A DNA stretch of 64,000 nt from a virus (IMGVR_UViG_3300042013_000018:1-64000), one strand, 5' to 3'; counted from the first letter of the stretch, positions 55,347 through 63,579 are shown. A program made the numbers and translations. Notes: generated from the sequence alone by a model not told the origin.

Positions 55347-55370
55347 AATCTTCTCCTAGTCTTTAGGTAT

Positions 55371-55385
55371 ACGCAGAAAGTGCGT
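55371..55385. promoter_or_regulatory. operator-like inverted repeat ACGCA-GAAAG-TGCGT
   Basis: Perfect 5-bp arms just upstream of RHH gene; same motif as array at 55586-55644. Confidence 0.55.
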
Positions 55386-55585
55386 GTTCTAGTCTATATC
55401 GTTTAGCTTCGCTTTGCACCAACAATCTATGGCACAACACAAAACTAAAGCCTTGCACAATACAAATCAATAATGATACAAATCAAAAGAAAAAGATTCG
55501 TGCTGTCCTGCTCTCTTTTGTGGTGCGTGCTATAAAAGCTTTTCTATCTTTCTTTTTCTATCTCATTCTCTCTATCTTACTCTTG

Positions 55586-55644
55586 CGTACTAAGTGCGTA
55601 TAGGTAAGCGTACTTTTCTCGTATAGCTATGCGCATAAAGTGCG
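55586..55644. repeat. iteron-like array, three CGYA-N5-YKCG sites at 23-bp period (putative origin)
   Basis: CGTA-CTAAG-TGCG (55586), CGTA-CTTTT-CTCG (55609), CGCA-TAAAG-TGCG (55632). Confidence 0.6.
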
Positions 55645-55701
55645 TGTACTTATTATATTTGATCATTGTAACAAAGCCCCTAAACCTCAATTCGTACTGA
55701 A

Positions 55702-55731
55702 ACTATACTCCTGTTTGTATAGCAAAGTCAA
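55702..55731 (-). promoter_or_regulatory. sigma70-like promoter reading across repeat array
   Basis: minus strand TTGACT-18 nt-TATAGT. Confidence 0.6.
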
Positions 55732-55796
55732 CCATATTTCGTGGATATTCATACCGCTCGTCTGTTTTGATACAATAAAATATAATTTATAAATGC

Positions 55797-55825
55797 TTGC
55801 ATTTTATCCGTATAGCTGACATACT
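55797..55825 (+). promoter_or_regulatory. sigma70-like promoter for XRE gene
   Basis: TTGCAT-17 nt-CATACT, AT-rich upstream. Confidence 0.6.
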
Positions 55826-55862
55826 GTGTACATCAAAACTAAATATAGTGGAGTATAGTAAA

Positions 55863-56168
55863 ATGCAGTCATATCAGAATGTTTGGGAAGCTATCACAGA
55901 TGATCCACATGAAGCAAAGATTTTGAGTATAAAATCAAAGCTGACGATGCTGGCTGTCCAGTTTATCCGGAACAAGCAGTTAACGCAAGCTGAAGTATCC
56001 CTTTTGACCGGTGTATCACAACCTCGTATTAGCAATATGATGAGAGGTCAACTAGATAAATTTAGCATAGACATGCTATTGACACTTGTTAGTAAATTGG
56101 GTATTGCTATAGAGATTGGATTCGATCCAGAATACGGACTCACGATTCAGTTGGGTGTTGTGCAGTGA
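55863..56168 (+). CDS. XRE-family HTH protein (HTH_37 / HigA-like)
   Basis: NVWEAI.D.P.EA..L..KS.L..LTQAEV..L.GVSQPRISNMMRG..DKFSIDML; ATG 55863 after GGAG. Confidence 0.88.
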   Translation: MQSYQNVWEAITDDPHEAKILSIKSKLTMLAVQFIRNKQLTQAEVSLLTGVSQPRISNMMRGQLDKFSIDMLLTLVSKLGIAIEIGFDPEYGLTIQLGVVQ

Positions 56169-56231
56169 GCTTTGCATTCCTCCCACATCTGTGCGAAGAT
56201 GTGTCCTACATTAAATGAAAGGAGAGACGAA

Positions 56232-56417
56232 ATGACTAAAGAAGATTTTGAATGGGCGTGTAATTTTCTAGAAAAAGAAGGCTTCTCTGAGGTAGCAGAT
56301 GATTTGATCGAACACATGAAGGCTGTAGATACAATCATTGACTGCGCTCTAGAGTTTGATTATGGTAGACTTGAGATATTTGCTGCTTTTAATACCTATC
56401 GTGGAGAAACTAAATGA
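56232..56417 (+). CDS. hypothetical phage protein
   Basis: ATG 56232 after AGGAG. Confidence 0.75.
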   Translation: MTKEDFEWACNFLEKEGFSEVADDLIEHMKAVDTIIDCALEFDYGRLEIFAAFNTYRGETK

Positions 56418-56626
56418 GCAACTGGCCACAACCACCAAAACAAATTAGAATCACAGGCTCTGGCAGGGAACTGACACCAGAAGAATATAAAGTCTACAGG
56501 TCTGTTGTGTACGAGTATTACTTCTTTAATAACAAGAAATGGACATTTGAGGGTCAATCTGTTTTCTTTGGTGGACAGAGTATCCATTATTCTGATTTCA
56601 TGAAAGCTAAACGTGGTAGTCTATAA
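56414..56626 (+). CDS. hypothetical phage protein
   Basis: ATGA overlap, GGAG RBS. Confidence 0.7.
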   Translation: MSNWPQPPKQIRITGSGRELTPEEYKVYRSVVYEYYFFNNKKWTFEGQSVFFGGQSIHYSDFMKAKRGSL

Positions 56627-56808
56627 TGTCTGGCTCTGGTGCAAACAAGAGAAGTCAAGCATTAGCTGTAAGATGCTATAATCTAAGACAAGAAGGTTTG
56701 ACACTTACAGAAATCTCTGGGTTAGTGGGTCTGGATAGGGATAAAGTGTACACAAGAATTATCTTAGGGGAGAGACTGTCAAATGCAGATCAAAACACCC
56801 AAAGTTAG
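56626..56808 (+). CDS. small HTH DNA-binding protein
   Basis: LRQEGLTLTEISGLVGLDRDKV HTH pattern; TAATG coupling. Confidence 0.6.
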   Translation: MSGSGANKRSQALAVRCYNLRQEGLTLTEISGLVGLDRDKVYTRIILGERLSNADQNTQS

Positions 56809-56925
56809 TGCAGTTTTTACCCCTTCCAGCAACGTTACACGAAAACCCTTGTGCTGCTATAGGTAAGCTGATATTGTTCACAAATGGGCTGTAAATTACA
56901 CACATAGAGGTTGAGGAGAATTTAG

Positions 56926-57138
56926 ATGGGTGACGTAGTAGGACTAATCGCAGCATGTGTATTGACAGGGTGGGTTGTATTCGATGCCACTTTCGTTACA
57001 ATTGATTCTGACGAAATTAGTAAGCTGAATAACTATTGTAAAACCAACCAAGGGGTGGCTAAAGTTAAATACACAACTGACCGTAAAAGTAAAGTAACTT
57101 GTGCTGATGGCGCAATCTTTGAGATTGAGGGTCATTGA
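56926..57138 (+). CDS. membrane-anchored hypothetical protein
   Basis: GAGGAG RBS; N-terminal TM; C..N.G..VTC.DGA.F. Confidence 0.8.
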   Translation: MGDVVGLIAACVLTGWVVFDATFVTIDSDEISKLNNYCKTNQGVAKVKYTTDRKSKVTCADGAIFEIEGH

Positions 57139-57139
57139 T

Positions 57140-57364
57140 ATGAAATACCCTTCGGGTGAACCCCGCAAAATAATCATTGACTCATCCACCGAGTCACACA
57201 TATCAACACATACATTCTACATAAACAGAGAAAACATCTTGACAGATGTCTATTTATCCTCTACATCTAAGAATACAAGAGCAGGATTTGCAGATTTCCT
57301 TCCTCTGCATTGTGTGGATAAGGATGTTATGAAGGCTTTTGAGATAATGTTGGAGGAAGAATGA
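57140..57364 (+). CDS. hypothetical phage protein
   Basis: ATG 57140 after GAGGG. Confidence 0.7.
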   Translation: MKYPSGEPRKIIIDSSTESHISTHTFYINRENILTDVYLSSTSKNTRAGFADFLPLHCVDKDVMKAFEIMLEEE

Positions 57365-57588
57365 AAATGAAAGGTTGTTTTAACACTCTTGAAGATGCTA
57401 TGAAGTACATTAAGTATCTGGCTTGGGAAGACCCTAATGTCAGCGTGAAGGTATACTGCGAAGCTGGCTGTTGGTATGTTGAAGGATATGGTAAAACTGT
57501 TTGCAGTCAACCGCCAATTGGTTGGTATTGCACACGATCTGGTGGGCACGAAGGCCCTTGTGCAGCTTATCAAAACGGAGAGGTGTGA
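57361..57588 (+). CDS. hypothetical protein with C-terminal CTR..GH.GPC motif
   Basis: GGAGG RBS, ATGA overlap. Confidence 0.7.
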   Translation: MKMKGCFNTLEDAMKYIKYLAWEDPNVSVKVYCEAGCWYVEGYGKTVCSQPPIGWYCTRSGGHEGPCAAYQNGEV

Positions 57589-57590
57589 AA

Positions 57591-57809
57591 ATGAAAGTGT
57601 GTTGTGAGACAGGTAAAGAGGTAGAGGGTATTGACAAACTAGGGTGTGCCTCCTCTGATCATTGTCAAGGTATGGTTGAACTTGTAGAGTATAGCCAAGA
57701 GATTGGACTTTATCCTGAGCTTAGAGACGAACAGATTGAGGCTATACGTAAGGCTAGTAGTGCGACAAGTGTTCCGAGGGAGAATTTTGATAAGAGGTTG
57801 TTTGAATGA
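57591..57809 (+). CDS. hypothetical phage protein
   Basis: ATG 57591 after GAGGTG. Confidence 0.7.
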   Translation: MKVCCETGKEVEGIDKLGCASSDHCQGMVELVEYSQEIGLYPELRDEQIEAIRKASSATSVPRENFDKRLFE

Positions 57810-58009
57810 AATTTACAGATCAAGATAAAGCCCTCATCCTTGAACAATATTTGCAATGGGTGAATGAGGTATGTGATGATTGTGAGGAGAAGGCATACTT
57901 TCATGCTGATGAGGTTGTCAGGAAGGTGATTAGTCTCACAGAAGAAATGTCTGAATCTAAAATTGCATGGAAAGAGTTTTTGAATAAAGATTTAGGTGAG
58001 GATTATTAA
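57806..58009 (+). CDS. hypothetical phage protein
   Basis: ATGA overlap, GAGG RBS. Confidence 0.75.
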   Translation: MKFTDQDKALILEQYLQWVNEVCDDCEEKAYFHADEVVRKVISLTEEMSESKIAWKEFLNKDLGEDY

Positions 58010-58080
58010 AAGAGGTCTTGCTTTCTAGATAAAAGTGTGCAATATTGGTACTGTTGTTTAAATTAATTAGGGGAAAACGT

Positions 58081-58260
58081 ATGACAGCTTTTATGATTAC
58101 AATGTTTGTGTTGCATTTGTTGAGCACAGGTGGTTATATGACAGAGGTTGCTAATAAGAGCTTTCCATATTAACAAGAGAAAACTTATGGAGGTGCTTGG
58201 GCAAGTTTGGCGATTAGTTTAGGGTTTGCTATTTGGGCAGGTGTGTTGTTGCTGGGTTGA
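58081..58260 (+). pseudogene. two-TM membrane protein gene with in-frame TAA at 58171-58173
   Basis: TAGGGG RBS; MTAFMITMFVLHLL...FPY*QEKTYGGAWASLAISLGFAIWAGVLLLG*. Confidence 0.6.
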
Positions 58261-58301
58261 GAAGGGTTGTATTAATTAAATAATTGAAATAGTGAGGTGG
58301 T

Positions 58302-59096
58302 ATGGGTAGTTCGAAAGGGAGGCCACTGAATGATGAAATTCTAGGCAAAGAGTTTAGGAATAAACAAGGGTGCAGCTTCATTGTGGTTAAGTATGAAGGT
58401 GCTAATTCGTTAACAATTGAATTCGCTGAACCTTACGCCTACACAATGAAGTCAGCCACTAAAGAAATTAAAAATGGCTGTATAAAGAACCTACTCTTCC
58501 CTCAGGTTTACGGGGTTGGTTATCTTGGGGTAGGGCATGACAGCAAACCTGTGCAGATTGAGGGTTTTGATAAACTCGTGGATGTGTATGCAATCTGGGT
58601 TGCAATGCTTGGTAGATGTTATTCTGAAAAGGTACAAATTAAATCTCCGTCTTACATTGGCTGCACAGTCAGTAAAGTTTGGCATAATTATCAAAATTTC
58701 TTAGTTTGGTACAAAGATAGTATGCGAGGCAAGCAAGGATATGAAGTAGATAAGGATATTCTTGTAGAGGGTAATAAGGTTTATGGACCAGACACCTGTT
58801 GTATTATACCTTGTGAGATAAATTGCTTTTTCACCGCAACAAAAGTCACTGGTGGTCGGTATTTAACAGGTGTTCAGTTTCATTCTCGACTAAACAAGTA
58901 TGAAGCTTGTATTGGAGGAGGAAGTGCAGGAAAGAAAATTTACTTGGGTGTTTATGCAACTGAAAGAGAAGCGTCGGAGGTATACAAAGAGGCTAAGAGA
59001 AGTCTTTTGAAGGGATTGATTGACAAGTGGCAGGATAATCTTGATAACACTGTATGTGAAGCTCTACTAAAACTTACTGTAAAGGAATCACACTAA
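58302..59096 (+). CDS. HNH-like homing endonuclease with AP2 domain
   Basis: Y..W..ML.RCY..SY.GCTV..WHNYQNF..VDKDIL..GNKVYGPDTC; GV....KY.A.I..YLG.Y. Confidence 0.88.
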   Translation: MGSSKGRPLNDEILGKEFRNKQGCSFIVVKYEGANSLTIEFAEPYAYTMKSATKEIKNGCIKNLLFPQVYGVGYLGVGHDSKPVQIEGFDKLVDVYAIWVAMLGRCYSEKVQIKSPSYIGCTVSKVWHNYQNFLVWYKDSMRGKQGYEVDKDILVEGNKVYGPDTCCIIPCEINCFFTATKVTGGRYLTGVQFHSRLNKYEACIGGGSAGKKIYLGVYATEREASEVYKEAKRSLLKGLIDKWQDNLDNTVCEALLKLTVKESH

Positions 59097-59842
59097 TGGC
59101 TAAAAGATCGCAAGCACAAGTAGTGGAAGAACGTTGGGTTAAAAAGGCTGATATTGGCCGTGTTCTGAAGCCTAAGTTTCAAGATGAAAACTATCTGGCT
59201 GCTCCAGTGTCTGCAAAGAATGATGTTCAAAAGTTGTTCTTGAATGCACTTAAAGAGTTTGATGTTGTGGTGTTCTCTGCTCCGGCAGGCGTGGGAAAAA
59301 GCTATCTGACCATGAGTGAAGTGTCTGACTGGCTTAAGAAAGGTGTTTATAATAAAATCACTCTTTCTCGTGCAGTGATTCCTATGGGTCGTAGTTTGGG
59401 TATGTTGCCGTCTACTCTTCAACAGAAGTTTGAACCGTTCTTGATGCCATTGCTTGAAGTATTGTGGAAGCGTTATGGCAAGAGCTATTACGAGAATTGC
59501 CTTGCTAACGGTTCAATCGAGCTTCTTGCTCCCGAGTACGCTCGCGGCAGGTCGGTGTCAGATGTAATGATCATCGATGAAGTTCAATGTATGGATCAAA
59601 ATGAACTGTACACAATGCTTACCCGTATGGAGCAAGGTTCTAAACTGATTCTTATTGGGGATGGTACTGGACACCAGACAGATATTAAAGGGGTTAATGG
59701 TATTGAGTGGCTTACTAAGTTTGTAGAAAAGAATCCAGAACTACAGAAACACATTAAAGTAATTACAGCAACTAGCGAAGATATTGTGCGCGGTGGTTTG
59801 TGTAAAGCAATGGTACAGGCTCGTGAAAAGGAGAGTAAATAA
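59096..59842 (+). CDS. phoH: PhoH-like ATPase
   Basis: APAGVGKS, GMLP..L..K..PF, YARGRS, IIDEVQ, GD..Q.D, DIVRGGL. Confidence 0.92.
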   Translation: MAKRSQAQVVEERWVKKADIGRVLKPKFQDENYLAAPVSAKNDVQKLFLNALKEFDVVVFSAPAGVGKSYLTMSEVSDWLKKGVYNKITLSRAVIPMGRSLGMLPSTLQQKFEPFLMPLLEVLWKRYGKSYYENCLANGSIELLAPEYARGRSVSDVMIIDEVQCMDQNELYTMLTRMEQGSKLILIGDGTGHQTDIKGVNGIEWLTKFVEKNPELQKHIKVITATSEDIVRGGLCKAMVQAREKESK

Positions 59843-60609
59843 TGTCTGAAGATACTTTTATCCCAATGTTTCCACCTAAAAACATCTTCACAACTGAAGT
59901 ACGAGGACAGCAACACACATATTATCTAACTGGTCCTATTACAGAGCCTGAGAACTATGTAGATCTATGTAATATTCTTCGTAGCAGCGGCCCACAGGAC
60001 GAAATCCTGATCCGCATAAATTCGTCAGGTGGATCTGTAGCCACAGAGCGGATGATTTGTAATGCTATCCAAGAATCTGAAGCAAATGTTGTAGGATTTA
60101 TTGAGTATGCTTGTATGTCAGCCGCTACGACTGTATTCTTGGCGTGCAAACAGCACGGATGGGGGCCACACATTCAGTTCATGATTCATTGTGCGTGGTG
60201 GAGCAGTTTTGGAAAGACACCAGATATCAAAAGTCATACTGAGTTTGCACACAAACAAATGGAGGAAGAAATTACTTCTACTTACAAGGGTCTGTTGTCG
60301 GATGAAGAATTGATCCAATGCAACGAAGGTAGAGAATTCTGGTTTGGTGCAAAAGAGCTAGGAACACGAATGGAAAACTTCTATGAGTACCAGAAGTCCC
60401 TTCCTTGTGATTGTGGCTCACCTGATTGTCAAGCTGGCATGCCTTTGGAAGACGAAGAAGACTACGACAATATGCCTACACTAGAAAGTATTGTAGAAAA
60501 TGCTGTAGCTAAAGCACTTGACGCACACCAGAAAAAGATTGATACTGCTGCCCGTAAAGCTGCAATTGCTGCCAATAAAGCAAACCAAAAGAAAATTGAG
60601 GAGAAATAA
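59842..60609 (+). CDS. ClpP-like serine protease
   Basis: INSSGG, CMSAA (Ser), FMIH (His), REFWF.A.E. Confidence 0.85.
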   Translation: MSEDTFIPMFPPKNIFTTEVRGQQHTYYLTGPITEPENYVDLCNILRSSGPQDEILIRINSSGGSVATERMICNAIQESEANVVGFIEYACMSAATTVFLACKQHGWGPHIQFMIHCAWWSSFGKTPDIKSHTEFAHKQMEEEITSTYKGLLSDEELIQCNEGREFWFGAKELGTRMENFYEYQKSLPCDCGSPDCQAGMPLEDEEDYDNMPTLESIVENAVAKALDAHQKKIDTAARKAAIAANKANQKKIEEK

Positions 60610-60610
60610 G

Positions 60611-60778
60611 ATGGCAGTCACAGCTAAAACACTTTATGAAGACGGCCTGACACAAATGATTGCAGAAGGTATTGACATCAAACAACTGCCGAAAGTTGAG
60701 TTTGATGAAGATGGTAAGATTTCTTACTCAGAAAGCGAGGAGGATTTTCTATCTCGTTGTGAAGAAGAACGTAAATAG
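60611..60778 (+). CDS. hypothetical phage protein
   Basis: ATG 60611 after GAGGAG. Confidence 0.7.
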   Translation: MAVTAKTLYEDGLTQMIAEGIDIKQLPKVEFDEDGKISYSESEEDFLSRCEEERK

Positions 60779-60781
60779 CCC

Positions 60782-60810
60782 TTGCACAAACCAATGTGCT
60801 GGCTTACAAT
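60782..60810 (+). promoter_or_regulatory. sigma70-like promoter
   Basis: TTGCAC-17 nt-TACAAT. Confidence 0.6.
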
Positions 60811-60845
60811 AGCAGCACATGACAAACACACAGGAGAGAATATTA

Positions 60846-61205
60846 ATGAGTACAATAGTAAAGGATGATTTCTACGTCAAATATCTAGGACCAACTGATG
60901 AGGATCTTATCAAAGGTCAGATTTACCCTATAGAATCTCTGAAGGTTGAGAAGAGTTATTTTGGATTGGGTTGGCCTGCAATTTATTTTGAATTCTACCC
61001 TACTTTGACATCAGGTTTGTTTGACCGTGCAGTTGGTGACGAGAATTTCATTGTTGTGCAAGCTGACTATTGGGTTGAGCAAGAGCTTGGCTATCCAAAA
61101 GATGGTGAAGTTATTGAGTATATGGGTTGTAAGTTTCCTTGGTCTGGTTCAGAATTCAGTTTACCCCTAATGAAAATGGCTCGTAGGAATAAGGCAGATT
61201 GGTAA
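60846..61205 (+). CDS. hypothetical phage protein
   Basis: ATG 60846 after CAGGAG. Confidence 0.75.
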   Translation: MSTIVKDDFYVKYLGPTDEDLIKGQIYPIESLKVEKSYFGLGWPAIYFEFYPTLTSGLFDRAVGDENFIVVQADYWVEQELGYPKDGEVIEYMGCKFPWSGSEFSLPLMKMARRNKADW

Positions 61206-61324
61206 TGACCCCATACGACTTCGACGACCAATCAGAAGACCTGTCTGCTATCCTAGAACCAGCATTCTCAATTGAGCCTGATGAATGGTTGGAATTAGAC
61301 CTAGAATCAATGTGTATTAACTAA
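61205..61324 (+). CDS. small acidic protein (39 aa, not in ORF track)
   Basis: TAATG coupling; 12 D/E, no K/R. Confidence 0.55.
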   Translation: MTPYDFDDQSEDLSAILEPAFSIEPDEWLELDLESMCIN

Positions 61325-61334
61325 GGAGAGAGAA

Positions 61335-61538
61335 ATGTACAACGAACATACTGATGATGAGATTAAAGAGCTTTACCATAAGACAGCAATGGAGTTATCA
61401 TTCTTTAATGCAGCAGAGGGACAAAGTTGGTATACTGAGTCTGCTGCTCGTAGTATTTGTCAAGGTATTTATAAAGAGCTTTGTGCAGAGTTTAATTCTC
61501 GTGGAATTGAGTTTCCTAAAGGCAACTATCTAATTTAA
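61335..61538 (+). CDS. hypothetical phage protein
   Basis: AAGGAG RBS. Confidence 0.8.
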   Translation: MYNEHTDDEIKELYHKTAMELSFFNAAEGQSWYTESAARSICQGIYKELCAEFNSRGIEFPKGNYLI

Positions 61539-61549
61539 GGAAAATAACA

Positions 61550-61720
61550 ATGTATCAAACTCAGCACTCTAGTCTGACAGCACTATTCAAAGTTATTAAA
61601 GAAGAGAAACTTGAGCAATTTTCAGTATTACTTGAGGATAAACAATTGTCTGAGAATAATATTGTACAAGTCTACAATCTATCACGACCTTGGGTGTCTA
61701 AAACGGAGAATAAAGAATGA
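61550..61720 (+). CDS. small hypothetical protein (56 aa, not in ORF track)
   Basis: TAAGGA RBS; ATGA overlap with next. Confidence 0.65.
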   Translation: MYQTQHSSLTALFKVIKEEKLEQFSVLLEDKQLSENNIVQVYNLSRPWVSKTENKE

Positions 61721-61872
61721 GTTCTAAATATGAAGCGCTTTGCAAATTATATGCTGCCATCAATCATCCAGCGAAGGCGAGTAAAAGCAGCGTCACATAC
61801 TTCCGTGAGAATGTAGATGCAATGTTAGTGGTATTGAATCAGTTAATTGAGTTGGAGAAAGAGCAAGAATGA
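61717..61872 (+). CDS. small hypothetical protein (51 aa, not in ORF track)
   Basis: GGAG RBS; ATGA overlaps both sides. Confidence 0.65.
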   Translation: MSSKYEALCKLYAAINHPAKASKSSVTYFRENVDAMLVVLNQLIELEKEQE

Positions 61873-62009
61873 ATAGTTTTAACACAGTCACAGAAGAAGG
61901 TTATGATGTAAATATCTCTTCTTGGATTCTTCACGATCTAGAAGATGCTACAACTGAACTTGGCGAGGACATGATTTCTAGTATTTTGGAGGAGATGGAT
62001 TGTGAGTGA
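61869..62009 (+). CDS. small acidic protein (46 aa, not in ORF track)
   Basis: GGAG RBS; 13 D/E, no K/R. Confidence 0.6.
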   Translation: MNSFNTVTEEGYDVNISSWILHDLEDATTELGEDMISSILEEMDCE

Positions 62010-62256
62010 CATTAAAGATAAATTCCAAAGAATTAAGATTATGCAAGAAAAACTGACCTCGGAACTTCAACAACTACAAGCATCTTGCCCACACGAGGAC
62101 AAGCAAGGTGAGTATAAAGGAGACACAGGCAACTGGTCTGCTAGTGATGACTCTTACTGGATTGATGCTAGATGTTTAGATTGTGGGAAAACTTGGATTA
62201 TTGATAGCGCAGCTAATAAATCAGAATATTATGATTTCAAAGGTGTATTAGTGTAA
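62002..62256 (+). CDS. hypothetical protein with CPH...CLDCG Zn motif
   Basis: GGAGG RBS, GTG start. Confidence 0.75.
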   Translation: MSDIKDKFQRIKIMQEKLTSELQQLQASCPHEDKQGEYKGDTGNWSASDDSYWIDARCLDCGKTWIIDSAANKSEYYDFKGVLV

Positions 62257-62396
62257 TGACAGACTATGACCGTTGGCTTGATGAAAATTTAGATGACTAC
62301 TACGAAGATGCTGAAGAAGACGTTGTAGACGATGATGATTGGCTTATAGATCAGTTTATTGAGCATGAAATAGAAATGGAGAATTATTATGACTGA
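62256..62396 (+). CDS. extremely acidic small protein (46 aa, not in ORF track)
   Basis: TAATG coupling, AAGGTG RBS; 21 D/E, 1 R. Confidence 0.6.
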   Translation: MTDYDRWLDENLDDYYEDAEEDVVDDDDWLIDQFIEHEIEMENYYD

Positions 62397-62667
62397 AGCT
62401 AAGAAGAAAGATCCTAAAGTGACAACAGTTGATTATAATACCTTCACTGATTATCTATTCATTCCACCCGCAACCTTCTACATTCAAAATGCAATGGGTG
62501 AATATGTGTTTGTTCATACAGCCTCGCGGGCTATCGCTCAGGAGTATATTGATTCTGTGTACGGCAAGTCACGCTATACAATCGTCGCATCGAAATTACA
62601 AAAAACAGTTAGTAAGTCTGAAAGTGGTGAATTGAGCTGCCGGGGAACGGCTACGAGGTCTAAATAG
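62389..62667 (+). CDS. conserved hypothetical phage protein
   Basis: GGAG RBS; FYIQNAMG.YVF.HT..R..AQ.Y.D..YG...Y. Confidence 0.8.
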   Translation: MTEAKKKDPKVTTVDYNTFTDYLFIPPATFYIQNAMGEYVFVHTASRAIAQEYIDSVYGKSRYTIVASKLQKTVSKSESGELSCRGTATRSK

Positions 62668-62676
62668 GAGAGAGAT

Positions 62677-63579
62677 ATGGGCGGAGAAAATTTTAAAGAT
62701 CTTACAGGACAGACTTTTCAATACTTGACAGTATTGGAGCGTACAGATAATTTAGTTTACAAAGGTAATAAAATTAAAGTTCGGTGGTTATGTGAATGTG
62801 TTTGTGGGGAACAGGTTGTAAAATACAGTAGGGCGCTTAAAGTAACAGACAAACCTGTATCTTGTGGCTGCATGACGCCTAAGAAGCCTGTAAAATATGA
62901 TCTAGTGGGGCAAGAATTTGGATTCTTGACGGTGATAAGTAGAAGCGGAATTAAGAACGATAACAGGAATTATTTTTGGAATTGTCAGTGTGTATGTGGG
63001 GAAGAAGTCTTGGTTCTAACACACAGTCTGATGAAAAATGAGAAGAAGTCATGCGGATGTAAAACAAAAGCTGAGACAAGTGGTACACATGGGATGTATA
63101 GAACGCCGACTTGGATCTCTTGGAACTCTATGAAACAGAGGTGTACGAAGGAGTACCATAAATCCTATGAATACTATAAAGATGTACCTATTGACGAAGC
63201 TTGGTTAGATTCATTTGAGACATTTCTGTCCGACATGGGTGATCGCCCTGATGGTATGACATTGGATCGTATTGACAATTCTCTGGGTTATTATAAAGAG
63301 AATTGTCGTTGGGCTACAGATTCTGAACAGCAGCAGAATAAAAGGCCAAACTACATAAACAAGCATAAAGGATTGGCAGGTGTTGGTGCCAGTGGAGATA
63401 GGTTTCAATCAAGAATACGTCATGAAGGGGTGCGTGAATATTTAGGTACGTTCGATACACCAGAAGAGGCGAATGATGCCTATAATAAAAGAGGTTTTGA
63501 GTTGTTAGGAGACGCTTGGATTTATAAAGGCCCTCCTCCAGATAAAGACAACCAATTAGGAGAACAACATGAAATTTGA
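62677..63579 (+). CDS. HNH-like homing endonuclease with Zn-ribbon repeats and AP2 domain
   Basis: DL.GQ.F..LTV..W.C.C.CG..SCGC repeats; TLDRIDN..GY..ENCRWAT; YLG.FDT.EEA..AY. Confidence 0.88.
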   Translation: MGGENFKDLTGQTFQYLTVLERTDNLVYKGNKIKVRWLCECVCGEQVVKYSRALKVTDKPVSCGCMTPKKPVKYDLVGQEFGFLTVISRSGIKNDNRNYFWNCQCVCGEEVLVLTHSLMKNEKKSCGCKTKAETSGTHGMYRTPTWISWNSMKQRCTKEYHKSYEYYKDVPIDEAWLDSFETFLSDMGDRPDGMTLDRIDNSLGYYKENCRWATDSEQQQNKRPNYINKHKGLAGVGASGDRFQSRIRHEGVREYLGTFDTPEEANDAYNKRGFELLGDAWIYKGPPPDKDNQLGEQHEI

